A stretch of DNA of 63,235 nucleotides, counting the filler, from Reticulomyxa filosa (lineage: Eukaryota; Protista; Foraminifera), in the NCBI GenBank assembly GCA_000512085.1. It is 19 parts of 19 records of this genome, joined end to end, with 100 filler letters (N's around TTAATTAATTAA, not from the genome) between each part and the next. Parts side by side here need not be neighbours in the genome. Positions count along the whole stretch, not along the records: positions 62,029 to 63,235 come from ASPP01026198.1; 18 more parts are not named here. One strand, written 5' to 3'. Below, piece after piece: positions 62,029 through 63,235 of this stretch. The first letter of the stretch is position 1, and each line of letters starts with the position of its first letter. The notes beneath the pieces are model-generated. The model ran no database searches, had not been told where the DNA came from, and saw only the letters and a program-made list of their open reading frames with translations. Both the position numbers and the translations under genes were made by a program.

Positions 62029-63235
62029 AATGATTACTTACGAATGTAATCAAAACAATTTTCGTGGCTTTAAATCCATGAATAAATAATTCGATATTTG
62101 CCTTTACATTGATGCTAAGTTGGTTGGGACCTACAATATTTTGGATTCGGTCAGCATGTCTTTTTATTAAGATAGCGCCAGCGGACTTTCTATGAAGGGA
62201 TTCAGTAGCTATTGGTCTAGGGCTGCCTCAGATTTTGTGATTCCAATTAATCTTGCGCCATATGCAATAGGGACAGCACTTTCACAGACTGTTCCATAAG
62301 TTATTAATGTGATCACCTTGGCCCAATTTGACAGCGTGCCAGATTCGTATTCAAAAGGTACTATGTCGATCAAATGTTGGGCCGCAAAAAGGTCTACGCC
62401 ACTAGCGGATGTTCTTCTGAGCCTTCTGGTATATGCAGTGAGTTCATCGGTTGAGATGACGTTGTTTGTGGGAATAGGATGCAGCATGTGGACATGCTAA
62501 TCACTTTCAAAAGATTGCAATACTTCTATAGGATGAGATTCGAACGTGCGCTTTTGTTGTAATTGCCGGACAGTGTCGTCGTCATAGATTATATGTTGAC
62601 TGGGGGTCAATGCCTTGAATGACTTTGATAGCTCACACAATGCCACGAGTTTGATGGACCTGGCATGTGTAGCGTTTAATTTTGCCGTCGATGATACCTT
62701 TAAGTTTTTGGGGTCTACCGATTTTGGTAATGAAGCGAAGTGCTAGCAAAAGTCGTCATAAAGCTTCTGGAGGTTATACTCTTTCCACAATTTGATTCTA
62801 CTTATAATGACTTTGGATACCTCATTGACGTGCTTGACAACTCCCCTTCCTGGATCACATAAAATGAACCTTATTAATAATAACAACTTGGTCCACGATG
62901 TAGTATCATTATTGGATGCCACGTCACTGAGGGCCCATGCTGCGATTGATGCAAACGAGCTTCGCACAGCCTTGTGGACACGGCCAATGATTTTTGCGGA
63001 CTTGTTAATGATATCGATTATGATCGGCAGTTGTCATACACTGTATATCTCCGGATATTTTTGCTCTGTTGACTGCTGCAATCTAGAACGGCGATCGCGA
63101 AAGGCCTTTTGTTGTTTGATCATATCGTCATGACAGTTCTTACGCATGTTATCGACTGCGACAGAAATTGGCAAAATGCGCCTGCAACGATGCATATAAT
63201 CCTTCCGAAAGCTTGAAAGTATGACTGGGGGATTC
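62029..63235 (-). mobile_element. Degenerate CRE-clade non-LTR retrotransposon (pre-RT region and start of reverse transcriptase)
   Basis: Read across stops and frameshifts: 'VHKAVRSSFA..SWTKLLLL..ILCDPGRG..RIKLW', 'RSIKLVALCELSKSFKALT', 'SASGVD', 'GARLIGITK..RPIATESLHRK..IVGPNQL', typical of CRE/SLACS/CZAR-type ORFs. Confidence 0.82.

Overview
This is AT-rich, intron-containing eukaryotic DNA, not a prokaryotic locus. It consists of 19 unlinked contigs joined by 18 artificial 100-nt spacers (N44-TTAATTAATTAA-N44), so adjacency across spacers has no biological meaning. The WD40-family C-terminal tail at 36469-36638, the Retaria-like divergent beta-tubulin, the CAP-Gly genes and the many pseudogenes point to a foraminiferan, most likely Reticulomyxa filosa (recognition from memory, not a database search). 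Recognisable genes: NOP58, dynein light chain LC8, AP-3 delta, a PP2A/PP4/PP6-type phosphatase, an RluA/RPUSD2-type pseudouridine synthase, a calmodulin-like protein, two kinase fragments, an amino-acid transporter, a nucleotide pyrophosphatase/phosphodiesterase, a DUF4833 protein, CAP-Gly, F-box, PH-domain and RNF213-like proteins. Top findings: (1) a manually spliced gene of about 14 exons (35271-30252, minus) that joins a kinesin motor degenerate in all three nucleotide motifs to a coiled coil, a SAP domain and a BAH domain, a candidate microtubule-chromatin tether; (2) a hyper-divergent beta2-like tubulin; (3) a family of ~220-bp TGT...ACA mobile elements with perfect 4-bp target-site duplications; (4) splice acceptors preceded by poly-A or purine tracts instead of polypyrimidine tracts; (5) a decayed CRE-clade retrotransposon.
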